From Mytilus edulis (taxonomy: Eukaryota): a stretch of DNA of 64,000 nt. A program made the position numbers and the translations under genes. The stretch is taken from positions 57,226,001 through 57,290,000 of the forward strand of contig NC_092351.1 in NCBI RefSeq assembly GCF_963676685.1. Direction: 5' to 3'. The first letter of the stretch is position 1. Every line of letters starts with the position of its first letter. The notes under the pieces were generated by a model. That model searched no databases. It was not told where the DNA came from and saw only the letters and a program-made list of their open reading frames with translations. This document shows positions 13,797 to 27,089 of the stretch, piece by piece.

Positions 13797-15045
13797 ATGG
13801 CCACCTCTTATGCCGAAGCAGCTAGAGATGAAAACAAATACAAAAACAAAAATGATGACTGCCTGATTGGTAATGTTAAACCAACATTTCTTCTGGAAAC
13901 AGACGCCTTTGGTGAAAATGATATGAATCATTTAGGTCAGGCCCATTCCTTATAAATATAGAGGTATATCGAGCAATAGAAGAGCAGGTACCAGTTAGAG
14001 CTTTAATTGGGTTACAGAGAGTTCGAGGCATCTGGCGAATATATTTCGACAATGAACAAGACAAAAAAGAACTACTGTCATTGGGGTTAACCATCAGAAG
14101 AAAATCAATAACCTTGTACTTGAGAAACCCAAAGGTAACCATGATTAATGAAGAACCAAATGCTATAAAGGTACGAGTCAAAAAAGTTCCTCTATCAGCA
14201 GATGACGACCAGATCTTGAAAACTCTTGAAACCTCAGTTAGGAAGTGTGAGATAATCACTCACTCCAGGGAAAGATTGAGAATTGACAATCTTGTATCAA
14301 AATGCAGAACAGGTGATAGGATAGTCGTATGCAAAACTTTCAATCCGCCTCTGCCAAAGTCGTTGAAAATAGGCAATTATTGGCTACTATCAGCCATTTT
14401 GGCCAAGCATCTACAAGCAGACCAAATATGAAATGTAGTAAGTGTCTAGATGAAGGGAACAAAGCAAACACTTGTCCAAACGGATGGAAGTGTAAAAAAT
14501 GTGGTCAACTAGGACATAGACAATATGAGTGCGACGAGCATTCTGATGTTGAAGTTGAGGAAGAAAATACATATATGACCAACATGGAGGGTGTCTGCAA
14601 TCCAGACATTTTCCATGCAAGTGAAAATGATGTACAGACCAATGAACAAACTGAAGACAACGATGAGTCATTCCAGGATAGTGATGTCGATTCCAAAAGC
14701 TCGACAAAACCTCTCCTAAATACCAAGGGTAGAAGTAGGTTAGAGAGTGACACGGAACATTCGCATTTGAACCTTGGTACTCAGGAAAGTAAATCCGCTG
14801 GAAAAGATAATTCCCAACAACAAAAGGAAAAACCTAAAATTCTTAAAAGTGTTGACAGAAGACCAGGTATCTCGAGGTATTTGACAACAAAACCGAGTCA
14901 TGATCAGAGTGACACTACAAACAGCACACCTAAACAGTCAAAAACAAAGAACATGGAAAAATCTCCAGTAACCCCAACAGAGAATCTGCACGACACAACA
15001 CGAGATGAGACTGCTAAGAAGCCAAAAAAAGAGACGATAATTTAA
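13797..15045 (+). pseudogene. L1/Tx1 ORF1 (gag-like, zinc knuckles), frameshifted
   Basis: MATSYAEAAR start, LIGLQRVRGIWRIYF and RTGDRIV blocks, and tandem knuckles CSKCLDEGNKANTC and CKKCGQLGHRQYEC. Frameshifts near 13950 and 14380. Confidence 0.85.
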
Positions 15046-16196
15046 CATCTGTTAATTAAAATACAAAATATAAGACTAGAACTCTTTTATTTTAAATTAT
15101 AAAAATAAAACTAAAAAAAAATGCATTTTGTCAATCATATTTTTCCCAAAACAGTATGTATAGCACTGATATCATTTATTTTTAACTGTATATACTTTTC
15201 GAGATATGTCTCAAAATGTTTGTTGTTATGTGACACAGCTGATGAAGGTTGTCCACTTAAAATATCCAGACTGACAGATAGTCTAATCAATACCAATAAT
15301 GAAGATCATAAATGGTCTGTTCTTCATTAAAGTTTTATCCTGAAAAAGAAAAAGACAAATAAAAATAAAAAGTACATTAATGTATGTGTATTTAATAAAG
15401 TGGCAAATAAATGTTATGGTGTACTAGAGAATCTAGTCATGTCGATGATAATATTTATGTCATGTTATTATAATATTAAATTAAAGTATTTACCATCTGC
15501 TACTAAATATCCTGATCGAGAAAACATATTAATCAATCTTAAAAAGTCTCCATAAAAAGCGGATGAAATAACCTTGACCAGAAATTCTATAAATACTTTA
15601 ATGTTTAGGTCAAAATATAGAACGTACAAAACTAAAAGTAGAGATCAAGTGTACCATGTGTACCTGGACAGCGAAAGTCTAAATCTATTGCAAAACAAAT
15701 ACCATATACTTGACGAATATAATCATCACGAGAATAGGTCATCAATACTAATTATGGAAAAGATCGATAACATAATACATTTTACTGTACGGGAAAATAA
15801 TTTTACACTGTTTAAACATGTTAAAATATCAATCAGGAATACACCGACTATAAACATAGAGAAGATAGTAAACAAACCGATATTACTTCAGAAAAAAACA
15901 AACACAGTTCTAAATTCATCTTTTAAATACCAACGATCTAAAAAACGAATCGCAATCAGTGAGGCGTATAACGGTATTTCTCAGATAAAACAAATGCTAC
16001 ATCAGTATGTAAACTGCCCTATAACTAAGTCTTCTTATACAGAAACAAGACTAAAAGAATTTAGTTTTAAGTCAGTCATAAGAAATAACAAAATAACAAT
16101 AAAGAAAACAAATCCTAAATGCTTCATTATTAATGGTAAGAAAGATAACTCACCATGCTACTGTATGAAATTTAAAATATCCAACTATAAACCACC

Positions 16197-19100
16197 ATGA
16201 AAAACTATTTGCATATTTGTACGGTCAATGTTAATGGCCTACAGCAACCTGAAAAATTAAATAAAATAGTAAGTTGGGCAAATCAACAAAAATGTGATCT
16301 AATTTTTATACAGGAAACTCATTTTACTAAACAAATGCAAGATACTTTGTCTAAAGAACTTGGTAAAAACATTTTCAGAAGTGATGGTACAAGTAATTCA
16401 CGCGGAGTAGCAATATGGATAAAAGATAGAATAAATTTTAAAATTATTGATGAGCACAAAGATTCTGATGGTAGATTTATTTTGATTAATATTGAAATAA
16501 ATGAAAATATTTACACGCTAGTAAATATCTATGCTCCAAATAGATCAAGAGAAAGAAATAGTTTTTTTTTCAAAATTGTTAAATCATATATAAATAAATA
16601 TGGATTAGATCAAACAATTCTTGGGTGGAGATTTTAACGACATCTGGTCATTAATTGATACAAAAAATGAAACTAAATCCTCCAAAAAATTTGATAAACC
16701 AGTTACAGGTTTAAAAGGGCTTATAAAATTGTGTAAATTAATAGACATTTGGAGAAGTAGAAATAAAAACCTAAGGCAATTTACTTGGTGTAGGAAAGAT
16801 AGATCAGAAGCCACAATAATTGATTACTTTCTGATTTCAAAAGAAGTAGAAAAAAAAAAATGTAAAAACTACGATATTAGACCTTTAGAACAGAAAATAA
16901 CTGACCATAATGCAGTATCCTTCAAAATTAATACTAAAAGAGAAAATAAGGGGCGTGGCTACTGGAAATTAAACTCAAGTGTGGTTACTGTGATGATTTA
17001 GGGATACAATGGGACAATTTGAACATAGAGGTAAGAGATGCAAGTTTAAAGTATTGTAAAAGAAAAGCCAAATTAAAAAAAGATAAAATAAATATCCTAG
17101 AAAAACACCTAAATGATCTCAATAATAAAGCAAATAATGGTACAGATGTAAATCATAAATTACAAAAAGAAATTGAGAATGTGGAAAATGATCTAGAGAG
17201 TTTATATAAAGACAAAATTAAAGGACAAAAAATAAGATCAAGGGTAAAATGGTTTGAAGAAGGGGGAAAAATAGTGCATACTTCTTGGGACTAGATAAGA
17301 GTCGTCAAACAAAAAAGATTATAACTGAACTATATGATGAAAATGGGCTCGCAACAACGGATCAAGATAAAATTCTAAATCTACAAGTGAAATATTACAA
17401 AAAACTTTATGAGTCAACTAATCCTTGTGATAATGAAGTTAAAACATATATTAAGGAAACAAAATTTACAAAAACGCTTTAAGATTCAGATAGTTATCAA
17501 TATAAAGGGGAAGTAACAGAAATTGAATGCACTTATGCAGTTTTAAAAATGAAGCTTAATAAATCCTCTGGTCTTAATGGGCTGACAGTGGAATTTTATA
17601 GGCAATTTTGGACGAGCCTAAAAAAATATTGTTGTCAAAGTATTTAATTATAATTATGAAAAAAAAAGAACTTACAAACTCACAAAAAAAGGTGCAATTT
17701 CACTAATTTTTAAAAAGAATGATTCTCTTTAATTAGATAATTATCGTCCCATAACTTTATTGAATATTGATACTAAACTATTAGCTTATGTGTTTGCTCA
17801 GAGACTTAAAAAAGTACTACCATCTATTATTAGTCTAGATCAAACAGGATATGTTAAAAATAGATATATCGGTTTTAACATCAAACAAATTCAAGATATA
17901 ATAGATTATTCTGAGAAATTTAATATAGAAGGAGCAATCCTTTTCTTAGATTTTAGTAAAGCTTTTGACTCACTAGAATGGACTTTCATGACGGAAACAC
18001 TGAAACGGTTTGGATTTAAAAGTACCTTTATCAGATGGGTGGAAACTATGTATAACGACATTAAGGGATGTATCTTAAATTATGGGTGGGTCTCAGGTCC
18101 GTTTAAAATATATCGAGGAATACGACAAGGGTGTCCGATTTCAGCGTTACTTGTTGTTATTACAGTAGAATTAATGGCAATAAGACTTAGAAGTAATAAA
18201 GATTTTAAAGGTATAAAAAATACATTAATTGGAAAATCTTGTAATTTAAACATTTGTCAATTAGCTGACGATACAACACTTTTTCTTCAGTCAAAGAAAG
18301 AAATAAGTTTAGCTCTCAGTATAATTGAAACATTTGGAAGTTTTTCAGGACTTAAGCTTAATAGAAATAAAACGGAAGGGGTATGGTTAGGAAGATTAAA
18401 AAGTTCAAAAGATAAATATGAAAATATAAATTGGACCGACAAACCAATCAAAAGCCTTGGAATATATTTTGGGTATGACAAAAAACAGTGTCAAACATTA
18501 AATATTGAAAAAGTGTTGGACAAATTAACGAAACTTGTAGAAAGATGGGCAAAAAGAAAGTTAACACTACTTGGAAAAATATTAATAGTAAAAGCTCTTC
18601 TGCTACCAAATATTACCTACATTGCTACTAACAGTATCATTACTAAGGAATATCTACAAATATAAATAAAATCTTATATAAATTCATTTGGAACGGAGAA
18701 CCGATAAAATAAAAAGGTCAATAATAACAAAAAACTTTGCAGAAGGGGGGTTAAAAACGATTGATATAAAATTCTATATAAAATCTATACATTGTAAATG
18801 GATTATAAAAATATTAGAATCAGAAAATGCAAATTGGTCTGTATTATCAAAATTATACCTTAATAAATTCGGAAAAAACCTTCTTATTCTCAAAATGAAT
18901 GAAAATAACACAAAATTGCTAGATAAAAACATATGAAACAGTACACCAACCTTCTATGAAGAAATGATAAAAACATGGATAAATGTAAATAATTGTGAAA
19001 ACAATCATCATGATCAAATCAATAATTATTTAGAAATCAGAAAACAAGTTATATGGGGAAATAAATTCATAAAATTTCAAGGAAAATGTTTGTTCTTTGA

Positions 19101-19963
19101 TTATAACTGGATTGATAGTAACATACTATATATAAATGACATAATAGATAAAAGAGGAAATATATCAGAAGAAATGATTACTTCAAAATTAAGAAATAAA
19201 AGGAATTGGATTTTTGAATACTCAAAACTAAAAAATCTATACCAAAGCAATGGACAGACATATTAAAATCAGAAGAATCATTCAAAACAAAAGTCCACAT
19301 CAACCGAACAAAAACTAAACTTAGAGATTGTAATGATGTTCTTACTATTAATACTAAAAACATATACAAATTAGTATTAAGTGTGTCAAAAACAGAAATA
19401 CCAGTAGGATTTTTAAAATTGGAAAGAGTCTTTAGCAAAGGGAGACTAATAAATGAATTTAAAGACTCTATTAAATTTAATTTTGAATATCTTAAAGATA
19501 ATAAAATAAAAATGTTTAGGTGGAAATTAATGCACTTTATTTTGCTAAATGAGGTGCTGCTTTTTCAGTGGAAAATTTCACAAAACAATTTGTGTTCATA
19601 TTGCAATGAAATAGATAATTATAATATTTTTTTCATTACATGTTCATATCATAAAACATTCTGGAAATCAATAAAAGTTTTACTTAAAAAAAGTCTTCAT
19701 AGGCGAACATGTAATAAGTCTTCATTCGTTGGTTATAGGATACAAAATTCATGACGATGCATACTTTGCGCTAAATCATCTGCTTAGCGTAAAGTTCTTT
19801 CCAGTCTATAAAACACATTATGTTTCTAATAAAAAAAACCAAAGCAGTAGACACAATAAGAATTTTTGAATATGAGGTAGAAAATACTGTAGAACTATAT
19901 AGTATTGACCAATATATAGATCAGCAGTCTATTAACACAGGTGTTGAATATTTTGAAGAATAA
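16197..19963 (+). pseudogene. L1/Tx1 ORF2 (APE endonuclease + reverse transcriptase + C-terminal Cys motif), multiply disrupted
   Basis: Endonuclease motifs TVNVNGL, IQETH, NIYAPN, GGDFN, IDYFL, TDH; RT motifs NYRPITLLN, LDFSKAFD, GIRQGCPIS, QLADDTT; C-terminal CSYC. Several frameshifts plus in-frame stops (~17480, ~17730, ~18934). The end coordinate is approximate. Confidence 0.93.
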
Positions 19964-21554
19964 TAATGAAGTCATTTTCTAGTTAACTTAAGCTACATGT
20001 ATGACCAAAAAAAACCAAACCAGATGCTATATATCTAGATTATGTGTGATTGTATGCGATTTTTTCCCTTTATTATAAATGTACTATGCAAGTAATTATA
20101 TGTAAGTGCTATGCCTAAGGTATGAATATGTGTGAAAGTTATGGAAATAAATTTGTTTGTAAAATGTATCATGTGACACTGAACAAGTATGCCTGTATGT
20201 GCAGAAAAGTTTGTTTGTACAACAATTATTACTATGAATGTTAATGTGGGTAATTCAGATATATTAGTATATTAGGTGTGTGTGTGTGTGTCTTTGTCAA
20301 TATATAGGTACTTCGACACTTGTACGCTACATTTGTGTACATTCTTTACAAACTTTGGCAGGTAAAGGTCATGACACGGTACTTCTCTGGGTCAAATCAA
20401 TAACAAATTTAATAAAGATTGAAAGTGCAAATATGAAAAATATATTTACACTCCAACTTACCTTTTCGCAATATTATTCCAAGCTTTCAAAACCACATCG
20501 AAATTAATATTCCAAATTCTCGAAACACTTAAAAAAATATTGTCCAAACACGAGGAACAGAAAAGTCGTGTGAGGTCACTTGACCGCTATAAACAACTTT
20601 CGAGTTCTCATTTCCGTCAAAAACTCTAGTTTAAGTGAACGTCATTTGTGCGTTTAGTGGCGTCGTCACTTCCATTCCAATGTTGAGCGAGTGGTTGGAA
20701 AACTATAATTCTATATTGTACGAATTATTCGGCAAATTGAATTCTCAAAATTGACAATCAGCATTGCTGTCATTAGGGAATTGTCAATAAGTACCTACAG
20801 AACAACCATTATTTCTAGTTTATCCTGCACAATGACGATCACTAAGACGCTTGATGAACGCAAATAATGCAGGGATACAGGCGACCCCCTCTATCTGGTA
20901 AATGACGTCATAAAGGCGCGAATAATTGACGAGTTTTTTACGGTGACGTTTCTGATTAGATAATAAAAGAACCCCAAAAGTCATTCCGGATGAAAGATCT
21001 ATTTCCGTAAAAAAATTATTGTGTAGATATTGTTTATGAATATATCTGAAAACACTTTTTGTGAAGTAGCAAAGACTATTAGTTTAATGTGTGAAATAAA
21101 CCAGTGTAATTTATTAGTTAATTTTACTGAATATTATCCCTGGGTATTCAGTGGTAATTTAACAGGGAAACTTGATGAAATGCTGTACACCAAATTTAAT
21201 TGTTAAACAGCAATATGTGCAATAAAGAATCAATTAGAGTGTTAAAAAAAATAATTAAAGCATTGTAATATTGGTTGGTCAATTAAGATTTTATTGATGT
21301 CTTCAAGCTGTTATTATGATAAGACGTGATAAAAAAGCTGGAAAATATGGAAGTTAAACTATTTTATAGAAAGGATATACAGACCATGAAGCTATCTGTC
21401 TCAACCTAAAAAAATCAAATTTGAGGGACATTAACATATTTAGGATATAAGTATGGGTTTGCCTATGAACCCGATTCAGATCATGATATATTCACTCAAG
21501 TTTCTTGAGTTATTGAGTAGACGCAATCGTAAGATCACAACATAGACATGTAGC

Positions 21555-21817
21555 GGAAAGGAAAAGAAATACTAAACATCGAGTAAAACTCAAAACGGAA
21601 AGTCCCCAATCAATTGGCAAAATGAAAAGCTAAAACACATCAAACAAAGACAACTGTCATATTCCTGACTTGGCATTGGTTTTATAGCTAGCTAAACTAC
21701 TCAATATACGAGAGTCGCATAAAAATCTATTATATTGACAACGATGTATGACCACAACAAACATACGTAATAGGTAAAAATGCAAGAAAATTGGATACAG
21801 CAACCAACATTGTGTCA
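21555..21817. mobile_element. SINE-like insertion with 9-bp TSD
   Basis: Flanked by ACATGTAGC (21546-21554 and 21818-21826); similar to ~60185-60270. Confidence 0.6.
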
Positions 21818-23395
21818 ACATGTAGCAGCAGATGCATAAATAGCAAGAGACGCTTATCCTGTCTACGCATCTTGTTGTGCTCCCTTTAGAGTTTATGCAA
21901 TTCCCTCAGTTTTGTTTTATTTTGTATAATTTTAATTGATTTATGATATTTAAATATATATGAATATAACTGTTGCCTCAAATTCAAGTATATCTTGATT
22001 TTTAGATGTAAAATATTGTCAAATATAATGCCTACCCATGTTAAAATTAGCATACGTGTAGAGCATGACATGAAGGAAAAACTTCTATTCTTATAGGAAA
22101 AAAACCACGTTATTTTCATAGGTCGAAGTGTACAAAATTACTTACAAATGTTTGGCTGTTCCCGTTTCCTCCTCATGAAGTCTGTACATTACATTTTCAT
22201 ATTACATTTTCATATTTACTTAGTTTTAAATTGATTTTAGGACAAGTATATGTTGTTTGAATAACAATATATAATAAATTTTATGTAAGCAGCTAAAATG
22301 TACATAATACATTAGGATGAAAATGAAAATAACAAGATTGTAAACAGAAGCATGTGTCAAATATATTTTGTGCAAATTAAAAAACGGATTTTTTTACAAA
22401 GAGAAATAAGAACGTCATATCAAAATGAACAATTGTCTATTTCAGGATGAACCCTTAAATCATAGTTATACTAAATACCATACTATTTTTGTCTTTAAAC
22501 TGCAATGTGACTCCGTTTTTATATTTTCATTTTGTGTTTTAAAATATATTTCAAATCTGATTTTAAAGGAAAGCATCTGACTTTGGTGTAGTAAATTTGA
22601 TACGCTTCTATATGCGTGTTATGGAAATCAGTCGGGGGAATCAGTGCGACTGCTTTCACAATAGAGTATCAACAAAAAGCAACAAATGAATAAGTTTTTA
22701 CAGTTTCATTAAAAAATAAGAACAAGACTAATATTTTTTTGTTTAATTTGTATGAAAAACCTAGAGAAATGAAAAAGATGTCGGTAACTGGCTCCTGGAA
22801 GTATACATTTCATTACGAAAATAAGCTTAAGAGAGAAATCACCTTCCTCTCTTAATTTCGGAATGAAATATTTAGGTCAAGGGAACAGAAAATGTAGTAT
22901 GTCACAGATTTTGGTCAAATTTTCCATACAATTTTAGCTAGTTGAACTGAACTGAAAATAGAGAAAAAAACCTGCAATTATTTATTTTATTTACTGAAAT
23001 ATAGTTCTTGTTTTTGTGATATGACTGTGTTGTGCTGTCACACTAATGTCCTGGTAAGTGGGAGGGCTGGGTGCATTTTTGCATGCTTAACCCCGATTAA
23101 CTCTGTATCTGCTTGTCTCGAGTCAGTAGCTTGTAAATCAGTGTTTGTCGTTTATTGCTGTTTATCATATTTTTTCCTTTTTTTTTGTTATATACAAAAA
23201 TCAGGCAGTGAGTTTTTGTTTTAATTGATTTAATTTTTTTTATGTCGGAAATCTTTAATGTGGTTTTACTCATTGTTTAAGATTGTGCAGTTATATGTAT
23301 TTGCTAAGATTGATATCATTTGATCTCTTGCAGAAAATTGTTTCAAAGCTTTATTTCACTCAATAATATTCATTGATTTATTATAATATTCAAAC

Positions 23396-23806
23396 ACATC
23401 ACTGAAGAGACAATAACATAAACGGTACCAATTTTTTCTGTACCAACTGCGCATTTCGACAATCAATATCTCTTCAGTAATGCTCGAGGCAAAAATATTT
23501 GAAAACCCAAAGTTTATTGATAAGGAGCTATAAACCAAAAAGGACAGAAATAACATGAAGTATACCAAACGCAGGGCAAGGAATCAGAGTTTTGTATGAG
23601 GGACAGATAAGAGAGGGAGATACATTCCTAAATTTTAAATATTTCAAAATTTTGTAACAGCAAATTTCAATAGCGCAACATTTATATTTTCATGCCAGTA
23701 CTGAAGTACTGGCTACTGGGCTGATAATACCCTCGGGGACTATCAGTCCACCAGCAGGGACATCGACCCAGTGATTCGATGTATTGTCGAAATGTGCATC
23801 TGGTGT
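23396..23806 (+). ncRNA. Type I hammerhead (CUGAAGA subfamily) interrupted in loop II
   Basis: The 5' half ACAUCA-CUGAAGA-GACA (23396-23412) and the 3' half UGUAU-UGUC-GAAA-UGUGCA-UC|UGGUGU (23780-23806) rejoin into a complete motif once the ~366-bp insert is removed. Confidence 0.75.
23413..23778 (-). mobile_element. Retrozyme monomer (second subfamily) with a degenerate hammerhead at 23440-23483
   Basis: Minus strand reads GCAUUA-CUGAAGA-GAUA-UUGAU-UGUC-GAAA-UGCGCA-GU-UGGUAC (cleavage triplet altered). It shares CTACTGGGCT..ATACCCTCGGG..CCACCAGCAG..CATCGACCCAGTG with the 1616-2312 units. Confidence 0.8.
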
Positions 23807-24240
23807 AGTAAAATATGTACTGTTAATGTTGATGACTACTTACAAATAAAGATTGGAGTACGAATTTTGTACTTAATATGTATTCCTAATATCAAGCTCT
23901 ATTTCTTCATTGATATTTATTGATAAATGATATTCACCAACTTGTGATATGCTGTATCACTTTATTGATATTTATTCCAATACGTTTTAGTTGTTTAAGT
24001 GTCTGAATAGTTAGAACTATAAAAAGTTTATGTAAAAGAATATAAGTAATCTGTTTTACCTTCAAACTTGGACAATATTTAAGGAACTAATTAGCCACAA
24101 ATGAATCTGTATAAATTTTGCTCCGTAAATAAGATCTGCTTCCTGAATAATTTTTTAAAACGTGAACTCGCTAGTTGCAATATTAGTTAAGATATGTAAT
24201 GTTTTGTTCGCTTGATGTATTTTGGCACTTTACCATCCAG

Positions 24241-24338
24241 GAGAGAAACATTGAAGACATGGGCAAAAATTAGATATTGAATCTCTTATTCTTGAAATGG
24301 ATCAGTTGAAATCTGAAGAATCGAAGGATAGAGTTAAG
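24241..24338 (+). pseudogene. Repeat exon copy 1, disrupted (98 nt)
   Basis: CAG acceptor and clear similarity to the copies at 26994 and 27914. Phase-0 reading hits TAG at codon 11, and the ancestral GTAAGG donor reads TTAAGG. One extra A in the A5 run would give 33 open codons to AAG|GTTATG. Confidence 0.65.
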
Positions 24339-25574
24339 GTTATGTGCTCTAAATATTTCTTAGTATATTCTCTGTTTCACTTGCATAATAAACTGACTTA
24401 AAATAGAAATGAGCTGTAATTCGGATACTCGTATCAACTGAAACCCGACCAAACCCGAGATACAGAAAAAATATGTCGGAAATAAAGATACGTTCATTGG
24501 TATTCGCTTTGGACTAACTTAATTGTTGAAGGTCATAATACATTTGCTCTAGTTTTCTTGATTTTAAGTAGAAGTAATCTTATGTTCACAATCTCCTTAA
24601 TTACGAGTGACAGATTGATGCATTCGTAGCAATTCGATAATCCTGTCTACGCACCCCGTCTCGCTGTTTTGGAGTCTACTCGATTCTCTCATTTTCATTG
24701 TTTGCCTTCAAATAATGATGTTTGAACATTTGTAAACTATTGTTTACTCACATTTAAGGTGTTTTTTTTTAATTTATTAAGGTCAACATAACAATCCTTA
24801 ATTATTATCTTTTTTATTACCCTTTTAATCTTATTGTTACAGAACTACATATATTTAGAAATGAAAAGCTGTTAAAACGGATCATACCAAAAAAGTGTAT
24901 AGGTTAAAGTCATAACAATACAAGAATAAGGCTAACAGACATGGACAATGCAATCTGTTAAAAAAAATCCGTTTTTTTATCGATTCCTCATTTTGTGATT
25001 AAGTCGAGTCAATGCACTGTTGTTGTCCTTTTAAAACTGTTTTTTAAGGTTCTTCCCAGAGAAGGCCCCTAACTTTGCTGGCTTAAACTTGATATTTTTC
25101 GATTTGCGTGAATCTGTCGAGTGAACGAGTTAAACCGTTTTCAGGATAGAAAAATCAACAATAAGCAATGTTACATATGCAGTTTATATAACTTTAAAAT
25201 GTAACAGCACATATAAACAAGAATTATACTTTATTTTAATTTTTCTTTGTGAAATTTTGAGAACTGACTATATATCGGTTACTGCATCACTGAAGTGTGT
25301 ACATTTCATTATATCATTTAAAGTGGAAGACATTAGTTCAGGCATTAAACATGTTATACGCCAAGTGAATGTACATATTTCACGCATGTATAAGGTGCTT
25401 CGTGTCGATCGCATGGGTCTATCCTTTTTCAACTGAATTTTATAGTTGATTTTAGAGTATTGATGTTAAACCACTGTTTTCGAGCCACTGTTCTGTAAAC
25501 ATACTTAACCCCGCAACATTATGTTGTAGTCTGTCCAAAGTAATGAGTCTATAATTAAGGTCTTTCCTTTTACA

Positions 25575-25604
25575 AAAGGGAAAGACCTTACTGTATTTCT
25601 TCTG

Positions 25605-25638
<34 letters not shown>

Positions 25639-26500
25639 TTCCGCCAAACTTTGACGAAGTTAGCAGCCTAAACCGTAAGACGTGTCGCTTTCATGTTCAC
25701 ACTTTGTATCGGTGTCATGAATACCTATCTGGAACTCACCCTGTTAGTCGAAATATTTTGTCGGTTCGGAGTAATCCCTCCGAAACCAAAAAACCTTGTT
25801 ATCGTTCCAACACCGTAACCATAATAGGTAGAAAAAAAACAAAGGGTGAAATTTGTTCAGGACCAGACCTTGGTTCTTCGTTACATTTAGATCGAAAAGA
25901 TTCAACGACTCATTGGTAGGGTTATGCCCCTATGAAAATTAACCGGTGTCGGTGGACCACCAAAACTCAGAAACCGTAAGTCGTAGAGACCTAGGATCTT
26001 CACCATTCATCATCAATTCATGTATCTTTGAAAAATATCTCAAGGTCAAATTTGTATGTTGACCTTGACCTTTGACCTAACACCTTGTTATGGAAAAATC
26101 TCAGAAACCATTATACTTACAGAAGTTTTAAATAGTGGAAAATGTTTGGGTAATTATGGCGCAACTTTGTTACATTTTGACCAAAGAGATTTGACCTTTC
26201 TATAAGGGGCATAACCCCTGTTTTAGGTTTCTGAAAAGACAAAATCAGCTTTTACTATATAACCAAAGGTCCTAGACCCCTGGGGTCTTCAGTAATGGCA
26301 TTGGGGACTAATGACCTTGACAAAGGTCAAAAGGTCAAAGGTCAAGGTCATGTCCCATATAGCGAATTATGTGTTTTTGACCTTATTTAAAGGATTTTCA
26401 GTGTGTTTTAAAGCTTTTCAATACATTCTACGTCTATTGGAACATACATTTTACATTATAAAAGGAAAGACCTCTCAATTGTTCAAGAACAATTGACATT
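25575..26500 (+). mobile_element. HINE/Helentron-like element with (ATT)n microsatellite
   Basis: GGAAAGACCT near both ends, (ATT)n at ~25608-25637, TGACCT-rich core, and terminal hairpin CAATTGTTCAAGAACAATTG. Confidence 0.6.
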
Positions 26501-26993
26501 TTAATTGAAACTCTTTTTTTGCTGGATATAAATTTTTATCCGTTTATACTGTTTTGTACATAAATAATTGTACTTGTTTGAATTGTTTAACATTTGAAAT
26601 GTCGAGGCCTTTTATATTTTGTTATGCAGTATTGTTTTGAAATGAGTCTGGAGCTTACGCAACATATGATTTGTATAGAAAACAGAGTGTGGTCTCTTAG
26701 GAAAGTCACTTAATCAAGCAGTCATATTTGGATATATGTTAAGAATACATTATAACAAGCCGACTTTATATCTTCGTCGTTTTAGATTTTTTTGAAAAAT
26801 GTTTTATATGAAAAAAAAAAAAACGTTACGTGATGCTATCGTTTCTTTTTTTTTACATTAAATTTGATGTCATATACAGTATTCCTAACAATAGTACCAA
26901 CATCAGATACGTTTCGGTAAATTTGAATAATTAAGTTTTTTTTCACAAGAAATTTTTTTGGTCGCTTGATGTTTTGTGTTTTTTTCTATCTAG

Positions 26994-27089
26994 GAAATAA
27001 GCAAGAAAGACATAGCAAAAATAATAGATATCGAATCTCTTCGGCTTCAAGTGGACCAGTTGATAGATGAAAATCGAAAGTTACAGGAG
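26994..27089 (+). CDS. Repeat coiled-coil exon (EISKKDIAKIIDIESLRLQVDQLIDENRKLQE)
   Basis: TTTTCTATCTAG acceptor, GAG|GTAATG donor, 96 nt, phase 0-0, heptad leucines. Confidence 0.75.

Larger units (their letters stand above)
13572..21250 (+). mobile_element. Full-length, decayed L1/Tx1-clade non-LTR retrotransposon
   Basis: ORF1 and ORF2 remnants; AATAAA at 21221; short poly-A at 21244-21250; flanked by the 18-bp direct repeat ATAATTAAAGCATTGTAA (13554-13571 and 21251-21268). Confidence 0.9.

Noticed and set aside
13797-19963. Active LINE whose frameshifts are only sequencing errors
   Set aside because: Some indels lie in homopolymers, but there are also in-frame stops and an apparent deletion near 16985, so the decay is real.
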